Position numbers and translations under genes: made by a program. A stretch of 64,000 bases of DNA from an uncultured Methylomirabilota bacterium (GTDB lineage: Bacteria > Methylomirabilota > Methylomirabilia > Methylomirabilales > 2-02-FULL-66-22), in the NCBI GenBank assembly GCA_963845565.1, contig CAWJSJ010000004.1, positions 1 to 64,000 on the forward strand, in the 5' to 3' direction. Numbering within the stretch: the stretch's first letter is position 1; every line of letters starts with the position of its first letter. The notes beneath the pieces were generated by a model that was given only the letters and a program-made list of their open reading frames with translations, was not told the DNA's origin and ran no database searches. Below are positions 54,123 through 63,830 of this stretch, piece after piece.

Positions 54123-55019
54123 ATGAGCACGACGATACCCGACGCACTGAAGGCGGACATGCCGCAGACGACGTGGGGCAGAATCCTCCTCGCCACGCCC
54201 GTGGTGATGACAGTCGTCGCGACGCTGCTGGCGGGGCTGGCGTCCAGTGAGATGACCCGCGCGCAATACTACCGGTCGCTCGCGGCCCAGCAGCAGTCAA
54301 AGGCGGGCGACCAGTGGAGCTTCTTTCAGGCCAAGCGACTCCGCGGCACCATGCAACTCACCACGCTGGACCTGCTGAAGTCCACGGTGTCCGTGCGCCC
54401 GCTCGATGACGCTCGGCTCAAGCGCTTCGGCGAGCTGGACGCCCCCGTCTCGGCGGCCCTCCTGAAGGGAGAATTGCCCCCGGCCCCGGCCTCCACCGCG
54501 TCCGATGGACCCCTCAAGAGCGCGCTCGAAGGGATCGAACGCATGAAGCCGGAACCCGAAATCCGGTCATTGCTTGAATCGGTGAAAACCGCGACGGTGG
54601 ATGATGCGATCCAGGCCGCTCGGGATCGAGCCGCCGCATTCGACGTCGCCACGGCCCCGATCAGTCGAAGCGTGGATCGCCTTGAGAAGGCCATTGCAGC
54701 CGCCGGACCGACAGAGGCGGTTCGTGACGTCACGGCGGCGCGACTGCGGGTCACCGCCGCTCGCTACGAGATCGAGGCCCGCCTGAACCAGGCCATCGCC
54801 AACCTCTACGAACTCCAGGTCCGCATGAGCAACATGGCGGCGGAACGTCATCACCGGCGCAGCGAACGATTCTTCTTGGGCATGCTGGCGGCACAGGCCG
54901 CGGTCATCACGGCCACCTTCGCCCTGGCCGCCAGACAACGGAATATCCTGTGGGGTCTGGCGGCCGGGGCAGGCGTGTTGGCGATCGCCTTCGCCGTTTA
55001 TGTGTATCTGTGGCTGTAA
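54123..55019 (+). CDS. DUF4337-like membrane protein
   Basis: N-terminal TM, KAGDQWSFFQAK, two C-terminal TMs. Confidence 0.7.
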   Translation: MSTTIPDALKADMPQTTWGRILLATPVVMTVVATLLAGLASSEMTRAQYYRSLAAQQQSKAGDQWSFFQAKRLRGTMQLTTLDLLKSTVSVRPLDDARLKRFGELDAPVSAALLKGELPPAPASTASDGPLKSALEGIERMKPEPEIRSLLESVKTATVDDAIQAARDRAAAFDVATAPISRSVDRLEKAIAAAGPTEAVRDVTAARLRVTAARYEIEARLNQAIANLYELQVRMSNMAAERHHRRSERFFLGMLAAQAAVITATFALAARQRNILWGLAAGAGVLAIAFAVYVYLWL

Positions 55020-55051
55020 GTGAGTCAGAGTGGACGGTGGTTCAAAGAGCC

Positions 55052-55579
55052 TCACTCCGGCGGTGGGCCGAGCTTGCAGCTCAGCATCCACTCGATGATG
55101 CTGGCGATGTTCTCGGGACGGGAGGGCTTACTCATGGTGAAAGTCGCGCCGGCTTCACGCCCCCAGAGGTCCAGCATGCGCTCTTCCAGCGCGGTCAGGA
55201 GGAGGATCGGCGTGTCCTTCAACCCGGCGTCGGCCCGCAATCGCCGACAGATTTCGTATCCGTCCATGTTCGGCATCAGCACGTCGAGAATGATCAGGTC
55301 GGGCTCCCCTTGCTTGGCCGTCTCGATGCCCGAGGCACCGTCGGCGGCGGTGAGGACCCGGTAGCCGAGCTGTTCGAGCGCCTCCTTGCCGAAGGTGAGG
55401 AGCAGTCGGTCGTCGTCGATCCAGAGGATGCGCACCTGCCGGGGCCCACTGGCGGCCTCTGGTCCCAGCCAGCGGGGATGGCGACAGCTCTGGCACCACA
55501 CCACACGGGGGTGCTCGTCTTGCGTCTCCTCCACCGGTTGGGCTGCTTGGCAGTTGGGACAGACAATGGTCCGACTCAT
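55052..55579 (-). CDS. Response regulator receiver with N-terminal CxxC...CxSC Zn-ribbon-like segment
   Basis: CPNC..WCQSC, then ILWIDDD, LDVLMPNMDG, LTA, SKP. Confidence 0.8.
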   Translation of the reverse strand: MSRTIVCPNCQAAQPVEETQDEHPRVVWCQSCRHPRWLGPEAASGPRQVRILWIDDDRLLLTFGKEALEQLGYRVLTAADGASGIETAKQGEPDLIILDVLMPNMDGYEICRRLRADAGLKDTPILLLTALEERMLDLWGREAGATFTMSKPSRPENIASIIEWMLSCKLGPPPE

Positions 55580-55875
55580 CGCCGGGTTCTCCTCTCTTCC
55601 TGCGTCAGATCCTGCCACCGCATGGTTCGCATCATACCTCCCGGCCACCCGCTGATCCTTGTCTGCGCGCCCGTTCGTCTCCGCCCAGACCGCTGGAGGC
55701 CAGAGGACAACCACGCGACGCCAGGACAGCCTACCACACGCGGGCCATCCGACGCACGCTCAGAGCGCGGGAGTGGAAAAGAGAGATGGTGGACCAGGAC
55801 TGGGACGAGGGTCGGCGTACGCGGAGGTAGAGGAGGGGCGGGAGTCGAATGGAGGATCGGCGGGATGGGGCCCCG

Positions 55876-56340
55876 GTGACGACACGCCGCATTGGCGTGA
55901 TCTCTGATACGCATGGCCTTCTGCGCCCCGAAGCAATCGCAGCGCTCCAGGGTGTGGAGCGGATCATCCATGCGGGGGACATCGACACGCCCAACGTCCT
56001 TCAGGCCCTCCGGACCCTGGCCCCGGTCACTGCCGTCCGCGGGAACGTGGATCGGGGGCCCTGGGCGAGCGAGCTCCCCACCACGGCCGCCCTGACGGTC
56101 GAACAGGTGAGCATCTACGTGCTCCACAGTCTGGATGACCTCGACCTCGTGCCCGAGGCGGCGGGCGTTCGCGTCGTGGTGAGCGGGCACTCCCACCGCC
56201 CCGAGATCCAGGAACGGAATGGCGTGCTCTACGTGAATCCAGGGAGCGCCGGCCCGCGGCGGTTCCGGGCGCCCGTCAGCGTCGCCCTGATGGACGTGCA
56301 AGGCACGCGCGTCGAGGTGCGGGTGGTGCCGCTGGGGTAG
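55876..56340 (+). CDS. Metallophosphoesterase (YfcE/MJ0936 family)
   Basis: ISDTHG, HAGD, VRGNVD, GHSH, NPGS. Confidence 0.92.
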   Translation: MTTRRIGVISDTHGLLRPEAIAALQGVERIIHAGDIDTPNVLQALRTLAPVTAVRGNVDRGPWASELPTTAALTVEQVSIYVLHSLDDLDLVPEAAGVRVVVSGHSHRPEIQERNGVLYVNPGSAGPRRFRAPVSVALMDVQGTRVEVRVVPLG

Positions 56341-56617
56341 GCGACGTTGCCACGTACGATAGCGTGTGTCGGCCTCGACTCCCCACGATCGGCCGGCGCT
56401 CCTCCTTCCCCGAAGGGAGATCGTCGCCGATGGTCGCCTCGGCGGTGTTGCCCTGCATACACGTTGCGCGGCGAGCGGAGGGTGTGGTAAGAACAGGCGG
56501 GCAATCGTCGGCCCGTCGGAACCGGAGACCCCTGATTCGATGACGTCGAGGGAACCGTAAATCACCACGACGCCGATCCTGGCCGCAGGAGCGGCGTTTT
56601 CACTTCCTGGAACCGGC

Positions 56618-57877
56618 ATGGCAGATAGAATCCGGCAGATCTTCTGGGGATGGTATGTGGTGCTGGGGGCCTTCCTGGCGCTGTGCCTCTCCTACGGCGT
56701 CCGATACTCCTTCGGGGTGTTCGTCCACCCGATGTTCACAGAATTCGGATGGCCCATGTCCGTCATTTCCATCTCGGCGTCCGTCAACATCCTGACCTAT
56801 TCTATTACCGGCATATTCTGCGGCCGACTCGCGGACCGCATTGCGCCCAAGTGGATGATGACCGCTGGATCCATTCTGACCGCCATCGGGTTCTACTTTC
56901 TGATCCATGCCGAGACGCCGGCCGGCCTGTATCTGTCATACGGCATCCTGTGCGGCGTCGGCCATGCATGTCTGGGGATGGTTGTCTGCGCCGCGGCGAT
57001 CGGCAAATGGTTTATCAGGAAACGAGGGGTTGCGCTGGGACTGGCCTCCATGGGCATCGGGGTCGGCACCATGGTCATGGGCCCGGCCGCAGGGTATCTC
57101 GTCAGCGCCTACGACTGGCGGACCGGATTCGTGTTCTTCGGGGCCGTGGTTCTGGTCCTCGGGATCCCCATCTCCCAGGTGCTCATGGGGAAGACGACTC
57201 CCGAGGCGAGCGGTCTCTGTCCGGACGGCGAACCGGCTGTGCGAGAGACGCCGCGCCCCGCCGCGGTCCCTGAGAGTCGAGCGCGCGTCTCTCTGTGGCC
57301 GGTCCTGACCGACTGCCGGTTCTGGCTGCTCGCGGTATGCAACAGCCTGGCGACGGCCACCTTGATGATGACCTTCGTGCATCAGGTCGCCTATGCCGTC
57401 GGCAACCAGATCGGGAAATTCGAGGCGGCTGCGGCCCTGGGCATCGTCGGGTTTACCAGCAGTGCGGGCAAGTTCTTCTTCGGCTGGCTGTGCGATCGGG
57501 TTGCCGATGCCAAGTACGTGGCCGCCCTGGGGTTCTTCCTCATGGCCATCGGCATGGGGGTGCTGATCCGCGCGGACACCGCGGTGGTTCTGTATCTGTT
57601 TGCCGTGATCTTCGGAATCGGCTACGGCTCCATGGCCCCGTTGATGCCGTACTTGACGGCGGACCGATTCGGACGGCAGGTGCTGGGCTCGGCCTACGGG
57701 ATGCTGATCTTTTTCGTGGCGGGCTTTGGTGGGAGCATCGGACCCGTCATTGGCGGATTGATCTATGACCGGACCGGTTCCTACGTGAATGCCTGGCTGC
57801 TCAACCTGATCCTGTTGATGGCCATCTCTCTCCTGATCCTGACCCTGAAGCCGGCAAAGGTGAAAGACCTGGACTGA
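56618..57877 (+). CDS. MFS transporter (OFA/MCT-like)
   Basis: 12 TMs, GRLADR, KWFIRKRGVALG, GWLCDR, YDRTGSY. Confidence 0.92.
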   Translation: MADRIRQIFWGWYVVLGAFLALCLSYGVRYSFGVFVHPMFTEFGWPMSVISISASVNILTYSITGIFCGRLADRIAPKWMMTAGSILTAIGFYFLIHAETPAGLYLSYGILCGVGHACLGMVVCAAAIGKWFIRKRGVALGLASMGIGVGTMVMGPAAGYLVSAYDWRTGFVFFGAVVLVLGIPISQVLMGKTTPEASGLCPDGEPAVRETPRPAAVPESRARVSLWPVLTDCRFWLLAVCNSLATATLMMTFVHQVAYAVGNQIGKFEAAAALGIVGFTSSAGKFFFGWLCDRVADAKYVAALGFFLMAIGMGVLIRADTAVVLYLFAVIFGIGYGSMAPLMPYLTADRFGRQVLGSAYGMLIFFVAGFGGSIGPVIGGLIYDRTGSYVNAWLLNLILLMAISLLILTLKPAKVKDLD

Positions 57878-58050
57878 ATTCGACGCGGGCGCTCCCGGGG
57901 TGTCGGGACGACCCTCGGACGCGTTGCCAAGCACCCCACGTCATGATATCTGTTGCCGGCGATGCCCCCGCTCGCCGGGCCCTTGGGGCGGACGAGGGCC
58001 CACTCGGCACCCCGCCCGCATCGTCCACCTTCCCGGGAAAGGATCCGCCC

Positions 58051-59193
58051 GTGAAACCCAGAGACCGCGTCCTGCAGGCCCTGCACCATGAAGAGCCGGA
58101 CCGCGTGCCGACCGGCGAGAACGACATCGACTACGTGCTCGCCGAACAGTTGCTCGGGCGCACCACGCTCTACAACTCGCGCTGGCGGGAGCGGCAGGCG
58201 CTGTGGGACGGGCGGCGCGCCGAGATCGTACACGACTACGGCACCACGCTGGTCGACCTGGCCCGCACCCTGGAGTGGGACTATGTGCGCGTGCCCACCA
58301 TGCCCGTGGACAAGGAATATCGCCGCCCGGTGATGACGGGGCCCTATTCGTGGCTCGACGAGACGGGACGCGAAATCCAATACAGCCCGGAGGTCGGCAA
58401 CATCGCCACCTTCGTGGACGACTCCGAGATGACCATCGACGACCTGCCCGACCCCGCCGCGCCGTTCGCCGTCCACCCCAGCGTGCTGGAGGCCATACGC
58501 CACGTCGTCGCCGAGCTGGCCGACACCCATTTCATCATCGGTCGCTCGCCTGTCGACGGCACCTTCCCCTTCCAGCAGACGGTCGGTATGCAGGAGTTTC
58601 TCACACGCATGGTCACGGACCCGGAGTTCGTGCGGCGTGCGGTCGAGGTCTATGTCAATCGCTCCATCGCCTACATCGAGGCCATGCTAAACGCCGGTTG
58701 CGACGCCGTGATGACGACCGATGACTACTCGGGAAACGAGGGGCCGTTCATGGGGCCGGCCCGCTTCCGCCAGTTCGTCGCGCCGGGCATCGAGCGCCAG
58801 GCGGCCGCCGCGCACGCCCGCGGTGGTCTCTTCATCAAGCACACCGACGGCCATGTCTGGTCGATCCTGGACGACCTCGCCGCCACCGGGATCGACGGCT
58901 GGCACGGCATCCAGCCCAACATCGGCATGGACCTGCGTCTACTCAAGGAGCGGTACGGCGCGCGTCTCTGCTTCTTCGGCGGGATCAACTGTGAGACGCT
59001 GATCGAGGGCACGCCGGAGATGGCTCGGGCCGAGGTGACGTACGCGATTCGCCACGCGGCGCAGGGCGGCGGCCTGGTGATCGCCACCGGCAACGTGCTG
59101 CAGCCCGGCACCAGCCTGCAGAATTACCTGGCGGCGCGGCAGGCAACGCGCGACTTCGGCGCCTACCCACGCCATCAGACCGCCGGGGAATGA
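58051..59193 (+). CDS. Uroporphyrinogen decarboxylase / MtaA-CmuA family protein
   Basis: EEPDRVP, TDDYS, HTDG, IQP, LCFFGGI, TGN. Confidence 0.88.
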   Translation: MKPRDRVLQALHHEEPDRVPTGENDIDYVLAEQLLGRTTLYNSRWRERQALWDGRRAEIVHDYGTTLVDLARTLEWDYVRVPTMPVDKEYRRPVMTGPYSWLDETGREIQYSPEVGNIATFVDDSEMTIDDLPDPAAPFAVHPSVLEAIRHVVAELADTHFIIGRSPVDGTFPFQQTVGMQEFLTRMVTDPEFVRRAVEVYVNRSIAYIEAMLNAGCDAVMTTDDYSGNEGPFMGPARFRQFVAPGIERQAAAAHARGGLFIKHTDGHVWSILDDLAATGIDGWHGIQPNIGMDLRLLKERYGARLCFFGGINCETLIEGTPEMARAEVTYAIRHAAQGGGLVIATGNVLQPGTSLQNYLAARQATRDFGAYPRHQTAGE

Positions 59194-59281
59194 TGTCACG
59201 ACCCGTGGCAGGAGTGGCGAACGTCCAGGGCGAGCGAGCGACACGGCGGGCTATCGGGGGTGGGTCGTCGGGGGGCGGCGC

Positions 59282-59599
59282 CTAGCCCAACAGGTCGTCC
59301 GCCAGCATACGCTCGGCGATATCCTCTCCGGACACCTGGTAGGTCCCGTCGTTTATCCGGGCTTTCAGCGCCGCCACTTTGTCCGCGCGGATCTGTGGGG
59401 TCTGCTTCAAGGCTGCTGCGGCGGCCTGCATGGCCCGTCCCGCGTCCGAGACTTCCACGCGGTCGGTGCGGGTGGGGGCGGTGGGAGCGGTCGCGGATTT
59501 GGCGTATGCTTTCTGGGCCTTCTTGGCCTTGCTGGTCCGTTCCGCCTGGTCCGCGGCGGGGGGCGGTGTGGGAATGGGGGTGGCATTCTTGATCTTCAT
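59282..59599 (-). CDS. flgM: Anti-sigma-28 factor FlgM
   Basis: DRVEVS, IRADKVAALKARINDGTYQVSGEDIAERML. Confidence 0.85.
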   Translation of the reverse strand: MKIKNATPIPTPPPAADQAERTSKAKKAQKAYAKSATAPTAPTRTDRVEVSDAGRAMQAAAAALKQTPQIRADKVAALKARINDGTYQVSGEDIAERMLADDLLG

Positions 59600-59625
59600 G
59601 CGGCGTGCGTCCTCCAGGCGCCGGG

Positions 59626-60210
59626 TCAGGGCGTTCCGGGTTCTGACTCGTACAGGTTCTTGGTCAGCGCTTTCAGGGTCTCGACCGCCTGTCGCCGCTC
59701 GCGGCGGAAGTGGTCGTTCTCGTTTCTGAGACGCCGGACCTCCTCTTCCAGCCGCTCGCCCTTGCGCTCGGCGCCCTCGGCCCGGGCCGCAAGGTGCTCG
59801 TGCTCTCGGAGGAGCTTGGGGACGAGGGCGAGCAGGCGCTGACCTTCGGAGATCCAACCGGCCACCCGCTCTCGGGCGTGTATCGTCTTGGCGGCCTCGA
59901 GTCGCTGCTGCTGATCAATGCCGGCGGCCTGGTCGGGCGTTTCCGATCCCCACCACGGCGGCCGCCACTGGAGTGCCGAGAACTGCCGGATCACAAAAAA
60001 GCCATGGGCATAGAGTTCGCCCTCTCGGCCGCGGCCGCTCCGGCGGTCCGCCCTGCGGCGGTCCGTTCGGTGGGCCTCCTGCCGCCGCCGCCGGCCGTCG
60101 AACCGGCGATCGAGGAGGACCTGTACGTTGTCGTCCCCCGCGAATTGCCGGCGCAGGTAGCCGTACAGGTCCGTATGGTTTCGCGCCGTGATGACGACGT
60201 AATGGACCAT
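59626..60210 (-). CDS. Hypothetical protein (DRR-rich N-domain + coiled coil)
   Basis: RBS ggagga; LYGYLRRQF..VQVLLDRR..DRRRADRR; coiled coil similar to 60534-60839. Confidence 0.7.
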   Translation of the reverse strand: MVHYVVITARNHTDLYGYLRRQFAGDDNVQVLLDRRFDGRRRRQEAHRTDRRRADRRSGRGREGELYAHGFFVIRQFSALQWRPPWWGSETPDQAAGIDQQQRLEAAKTIHARERVAGWISEGQRLLALVPKLLREHEHLAARAEGAERKGERLEEEVRRLRNENDHFRRERRQAVETLKALTKNLYESEPGTP

Positions 60211-60533
60211 GACGGTTCTCCTCCCTGCGGTGACCCGTGCTGCCCGAGTGTTGCCGCCCAGGTGAATCGTCTGTCAAGAAACCCAGAAGCTCCAACACAC
60301 TCTACGCCGGACGTGAACCAAGGTCAAGGGCCGCGCGTGGCCGCGGGTGGCCGCCGGTGACCGCTGCGATCGCGGCGCCCCGCGGGCGCGGTGAACAGTA
60401 CTTGACCGAATCCGGCGACAACGGGTAAGCTCAAGCCCGTCTTTCTGCTGCGCAATTGCGCGGCCCACGCGGAGCGGGGCGACCTCGGCGGCATGATCAA
60501 TAACAGGCGCACGACGGCAGGGGAGAACGAGCT

Positions 60534-60839
60534 ATGACGAGTGCGGTGGTGGGGGCGGAGCGGGAGCAGTTGGTCCAGTGGATGGAAGAAGGGCGCGGTG
60601 TGCTCGAGATCCTCCAAAAGATCCTCCAGGATTGCGACCATCTCCGGGAAGTGGCGGAGACGGCCCAGAAGGACAACGAGCGGGTCCAGCGGGACTGCGA
60701 GCAGTTGCGGGCCGAGGTCGGCCGACTCAAAGCGGACGGCGAGCGCCTCCAGCGGGAGCGTGCCGAAACCACCCAATGGTTCGCCACCATGATGAGCGAG
60801 GCTGCCTCCCGCCTTCGCCTCGATCGCCCGCCGGTGTAG
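60534..60839 (+). CDS. Hypothetical coiled-coil protein
   Basis: RBS; REQLVQWMEEG..heptad pattern. Confidence 0.65.
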   Translation: MTSAVVGAEREQLVQWMEEGRGVLEILQKILQDCDHLREVAETAQKDNERVQRDCEQLRAEVGRLKADGERLQRERAETTQWFATMMSEAASRLRLDRPPV

Positions 60840-60881
60840 ACCGTGCCGGCGGCTCTTCGCATGGGGAACGGATAGAACGTT

Positions 60882-61298
60882 GTGGCTGCCTTCCTGGAGT
60901 CGCTCTCGTGGGGGCAGAAGGCGGCGCTGGGCTTGGGGTTGTTCGCCGGGACGACCGTCCTCAGCCTGGCCGCGGTCACCATCGTGCTGGTGCGCCTTCC
61001 GGCCACCTACTTTCAGGACAACTTCGTCTCGCCGCTGGTGGGCCGACATCTGATCGTTCGCTGGATCAGGGTGATTCTCAAGAACATCCTGGGTGCGGTG
61101 CTGATCCTGTTCGGGCTGCTCTTGTCCCTTCCCGGCGTGCCCGGGCAGGGGTTGCTGACGATTCTGATCGGGCTGATGCTGCTGGATTTTCCGGGGAAAC
61201 GTCGGATTGAGCGACGCCTGGTCGCCAGACCGATCATTCAGCGGGCGATCAACGCGCTGCGAGCACGCTTCGGGAAGCCCGCGTTGGTACTGGATTGA
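60882..61298 (+). CDS. Membrane protein (PGPGW-like)
   Basis: KNILG..LPGVPGQGLLTILIG..DFPGK. Confidence 0.75.
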   Translation: MAAFLESLSWGQKAALGLGLFAGTTVLSLAAVTIVLVRLPATYFQDNFVSPLVGRHLIVRWIRVILKNILGAVLILFGLLLSLPGVPGQGLLTILIGLMLLDFPGKRRIERRLVARPIIQRAINALRARFGKPALVLD

Positions 61299-61403
61299 CG
61301 GATCCGGCCTCCGGAACGGAAGGAGTCAAGAATGTCACCTGAGCGCAGTGGCGGATACGGTTCGTGCAGCGAATCGGAGGGAGGGGAGAAGAGGCCGCGA
61401 TCC

Positions 61404-61652
61404 ATGGCCTGGTTTCCGACGCATCGGATTGTGTACTCGCATCCCCCGCGCGGCATCGACACCATCGAGGTCATGGCGTGGGATCGGGGGGTCGAAGCCC
61501 CCGGGCCGGGCCGCTACGCGCTGTACACCGAGGAGAACGCCGAGACGCCATCGGGTCCCGAGTGGACGATGGACGGCGAGGGGCGGGTGTGGTTCCAGGG
61601 TGAGCCGCTCCGGGACCACGCGACGGCCGTCGTCGAGGAGATCTCGGACTGA
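61404..61652 (+). CDS. Hypothetical protein
   Basis: Protein-like ORF with RBS; PTHRI..ALYT..EW..DGEGRVWFQG. Confidence 0.5.
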   Translation: MAWFPTHRIVYSHPPRGIDTIEVMAWDRGVEAPGPGRYALYTEENAETPSGPEWTMDGEGRVWFQGEPLRDHATAVVEEISD

Positions 61653-61701
61653 CCCGTTGTCGACGAATAAATTCACCGGGGAAATTCTGGAAACGGCACA
61701 G

Positions 61702-61752
61702 GAAGCCCTAACGAAATCACAAGAAATAGCCGATCTATTGCATAACGGCTTC
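61702..61752. mobile_element. 51-bp miniature inverted-repeat element, degenerate copy C
   Basis: gaagccctaacgaaat...attgcataacggcttc; aligns gap-free to copy B. Confidence 0.55.
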
Positions 61753-61799
61753 TGCGCGCGTTCGCTGTCCGAATGTTTCCACCGCCGAGGAGAGAATTG

Positions 61800-62771
61800 A
61801 TGAAACGCATCGCCGTGCTGACGAGTGGGGGGGATGCCCCCGGAATGAATGCGGCCATTCGGGCGGTGGTGCGTACCGGCATCGGGCGCGGCTGGGAGGT
61901 GCTCGGTGTCCGCCACGGCTACGCCGGCCTGATCAGCGGCGACATGGCGGGCTTGAGCGCCCGCGATGTGGGGGGCATCCTCCAGCGAGGCGGGACGATC
62001 CTGGGGAGCGCCCGGAGCGCAGAATTCGAAACCGCGCCGGGACGGGAGAAGGCTATCCGGAATCTGAACATCCAGGGGGTCGAGGCGCTGGTGGTGATCG
62101 GGGGCAACGGGTCGCAGACCGGGGCGCACTGCCTTTCCCAGATGGGGTTTCCGGTAGTCGGGGTGGCCTCGACCATCGACAACGACCTGGTCGGCTCCGA
62201 CATCACGATCGGGGTGGATACGGCGCTGAATATCGCACTGGAAGCCATCGATCGGCTGAAGACGACCGCTTCGTCACATCAACGCGCATTTCTCATTGAA
62301 ATCATGGGCCGCCACTGTGGATACCTCGCGCTGATGGCCGCCATCGCCGGCGGGGCGGAGGCGGTGCTGCTCCCCGAGGTGGACACCGAACCCGAAGCCT
62401 TGGCGAAGGAGCTGCACGCCTCATACCTCCGCGGGAAACCCCACGCGCTGGTGGTGGTGGCCGAGGGGGCCAAGTACAACGCCGAGGCGATGGCCGCGTA
62501 CTTCCGCACGCACAAAGACCAATGCGGCTTCGATCTGCGAGTCACCACGCTGGGCCACGTCCAGCGCGGCGGGACACCGGGGGCGTTCGACCGGATCCTG
62601 GCCACCCGACTGGGGAACGGCGCGACCGACGCGCTGGCCCGCGGGGAGCGGGGCGTGCTGGTCGGGTTCATCAAGGGCGAGATCTTGACGACTCCGCTGG
62701 CCGACGTGGTCGGGAAGCAGAAGTCTCTCGACCCCCGACTGGTGGAGCTGGCCGGGGTGTTGGCCAAGTAG
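61800..62771 (+). CDS. pfkA: ATP-dependent 6-phosphofructokinase
   Basis: LTSGGDAPGMNAAIR, GGTILGSAR, IGGNGS, TIDND, EIMGR, LGHVQRGG. Confidence 0.95.
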   Translation: MKRIAVLTSGGDAPGMNAAIRAVVRTGIGRGWEVLGVRHGYAGLISGDMAGLSARDVGGILQRGGTILGSARSAEFETAPGREKAIRNLNIQGVEALVVIGGNGSQTGAHCLSQMGFPVVGVASTIDNDLVGSDITIGVDTALNIALEAIDRLKTTASSHQRAFLIEIMGRHCGYLALMAAIAGGAEAVLLPEVDTEPEALAKELHASYLRGKPHALVVVAEGAKYNAEAMAAYFRTHKDQCGFDLRVTTLGHVQRGGTPGAFDRILATRLGNGATDALARGERGVLVGFIKGEILTTPLADVVGKQKSLDPRLVELAGVLAK

Positions 62772-62824
62772 TCGGGAGCGGGCCGTGGCGCGCCGGTTCC
62801 CCCGGCGGACGCCCGTGGACGTCA

Positions 62825-63190
62825 ATGCGTCGGAAACAGGTGGATCCATCGGACCGGCCCGCCAGGGTTGGTTTCTTCGACAGCGTCTACGCCCTGGTCA
62901 GGCGTGTCCCTCGGGGCAAGGTGGCGACGTACGGCCAGATCGCCCGGATGCTGGGTGCTCCCCGCTCTGCCAGGGTTGTGGGCTGGGCGATGCACGGGAA
63001 TCCCCACGGTGCGAAGGTGCCCTGGCAGCGCGTCGTGCAACGAGGCGGGTCGCTCAGCCCGTCGGTCTGTCCCGCCGACCCCGGCCGCCAGCGCCGACTG
63101 CTGGAGCGCGAGGGGGTCGGCTTCCTGCTCTCGGGCCGCATCGACATGGCGCGGCATCAATGGTCCCCGCCTGCAGCGGGGGTGCGGTAG
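62825..63190 (+). CDS. Alkyltransferase-like (ATL/YbaZ) protein
   Basis: VPRGKVATYGQIA, ARVVGWAM, PWQRVV (Trp replaces the catalytic Cys), LEREGV. Confidence 0.88.
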   Translation: MRRKQVDPSDRPARVGFFDSVYALVRRVPRGKVATYGQIARMLGAPRSARVVGWAMHGNPHGAKVPWQRVVQRGGSLSPSVCPADPGRQRRLLEREGVGFLLSGRIDMARHQWSPPAAGVR

Positions 63191-63217
63191 CGCACCGTCT
63201 GTCGCCCCATGCCCCCC

Positions 63218-63272
63218 TTGACGTCCGTGCCGGCCCGTGGTATGTCTCACCCTCCATATTGTCGTACAATAT
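63218..63272 (+). promoter_or_regulatory. Putative sigma70 promoter with downstream palindromic operator
   Basis: TTGACG-N17-TATGTC, then ATATTGT-cgt-ACAATAT (63256-63272). Confidence 0.55.
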
Positions 63273-63317
63273 TGCACGACGTTCTTTGGCCAACCGCTGG
63301 CAGCCGAGGAGGCGCCC

Positions 63318-63764
63318 ATGGAAGCCATCAAGCGCTGTCTAACCTCCGAGATGATCCTGGTCCGATTTGACCCGGGCGAACTTCTGTTGGAGGGGCTGCG
63401 CGAGCTGATCCGGGCGGAAGGCATCCGGACGGGTCTGGTCGTCTCGGGGATAGGGACTCTCAGCGATTGCCGCCTGCATCAGTCGGTCGCCGGATACCCC
63501 CCCAACCTCATGACTCGACATCAGGAGTACCTGGAGCTCAAAGGATCATACGAGATCGCCTCGATCCAGGGGATCATTGCCGACGGCGACCCGCACCTCC
63601 ACATCACCCTCTCCGAGGGGAGCCATACCGTCGCCGGTCACCTGGAGGAGGGATGCGTGGTGATGACCCTAGCGGAGGTGGCAATCCTCCGCGGCGAGGG
63701 GGCCCCGGTCCGGCGTGTGATACGGGGGCCGGAGAAGATCAAGGGCCTGACGGCCGCCGAATAG
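63318..63764 (+). CDS. PPC domain (DUF296) protein
   Basis: RFDPGE.L, SGIGTL, EIASIQG, HLHITLS, GHL, TLAEV. Confidence 0.88.
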   Translation: MEAIKRCLTSEMILVRFDPGELLLEGLRELIRAEGIRTGLVVSGIGTLSDCRLHQSVAGYPPNLMTRHQEYLELKGSYEIASIQGIIADGDPHLHITLSEGSHTVAGHLEEGCVVMTLAEVAILRGEGAPVRRVIRGPEKIKGLTAAE

Positions 63765-63830
63765 CCCGGCCTGTCGTACAGTCGTGCCTGTCGACGAGGA
63801 GGCGTGCGGGCGTGGCCCGCGCGACCACGG

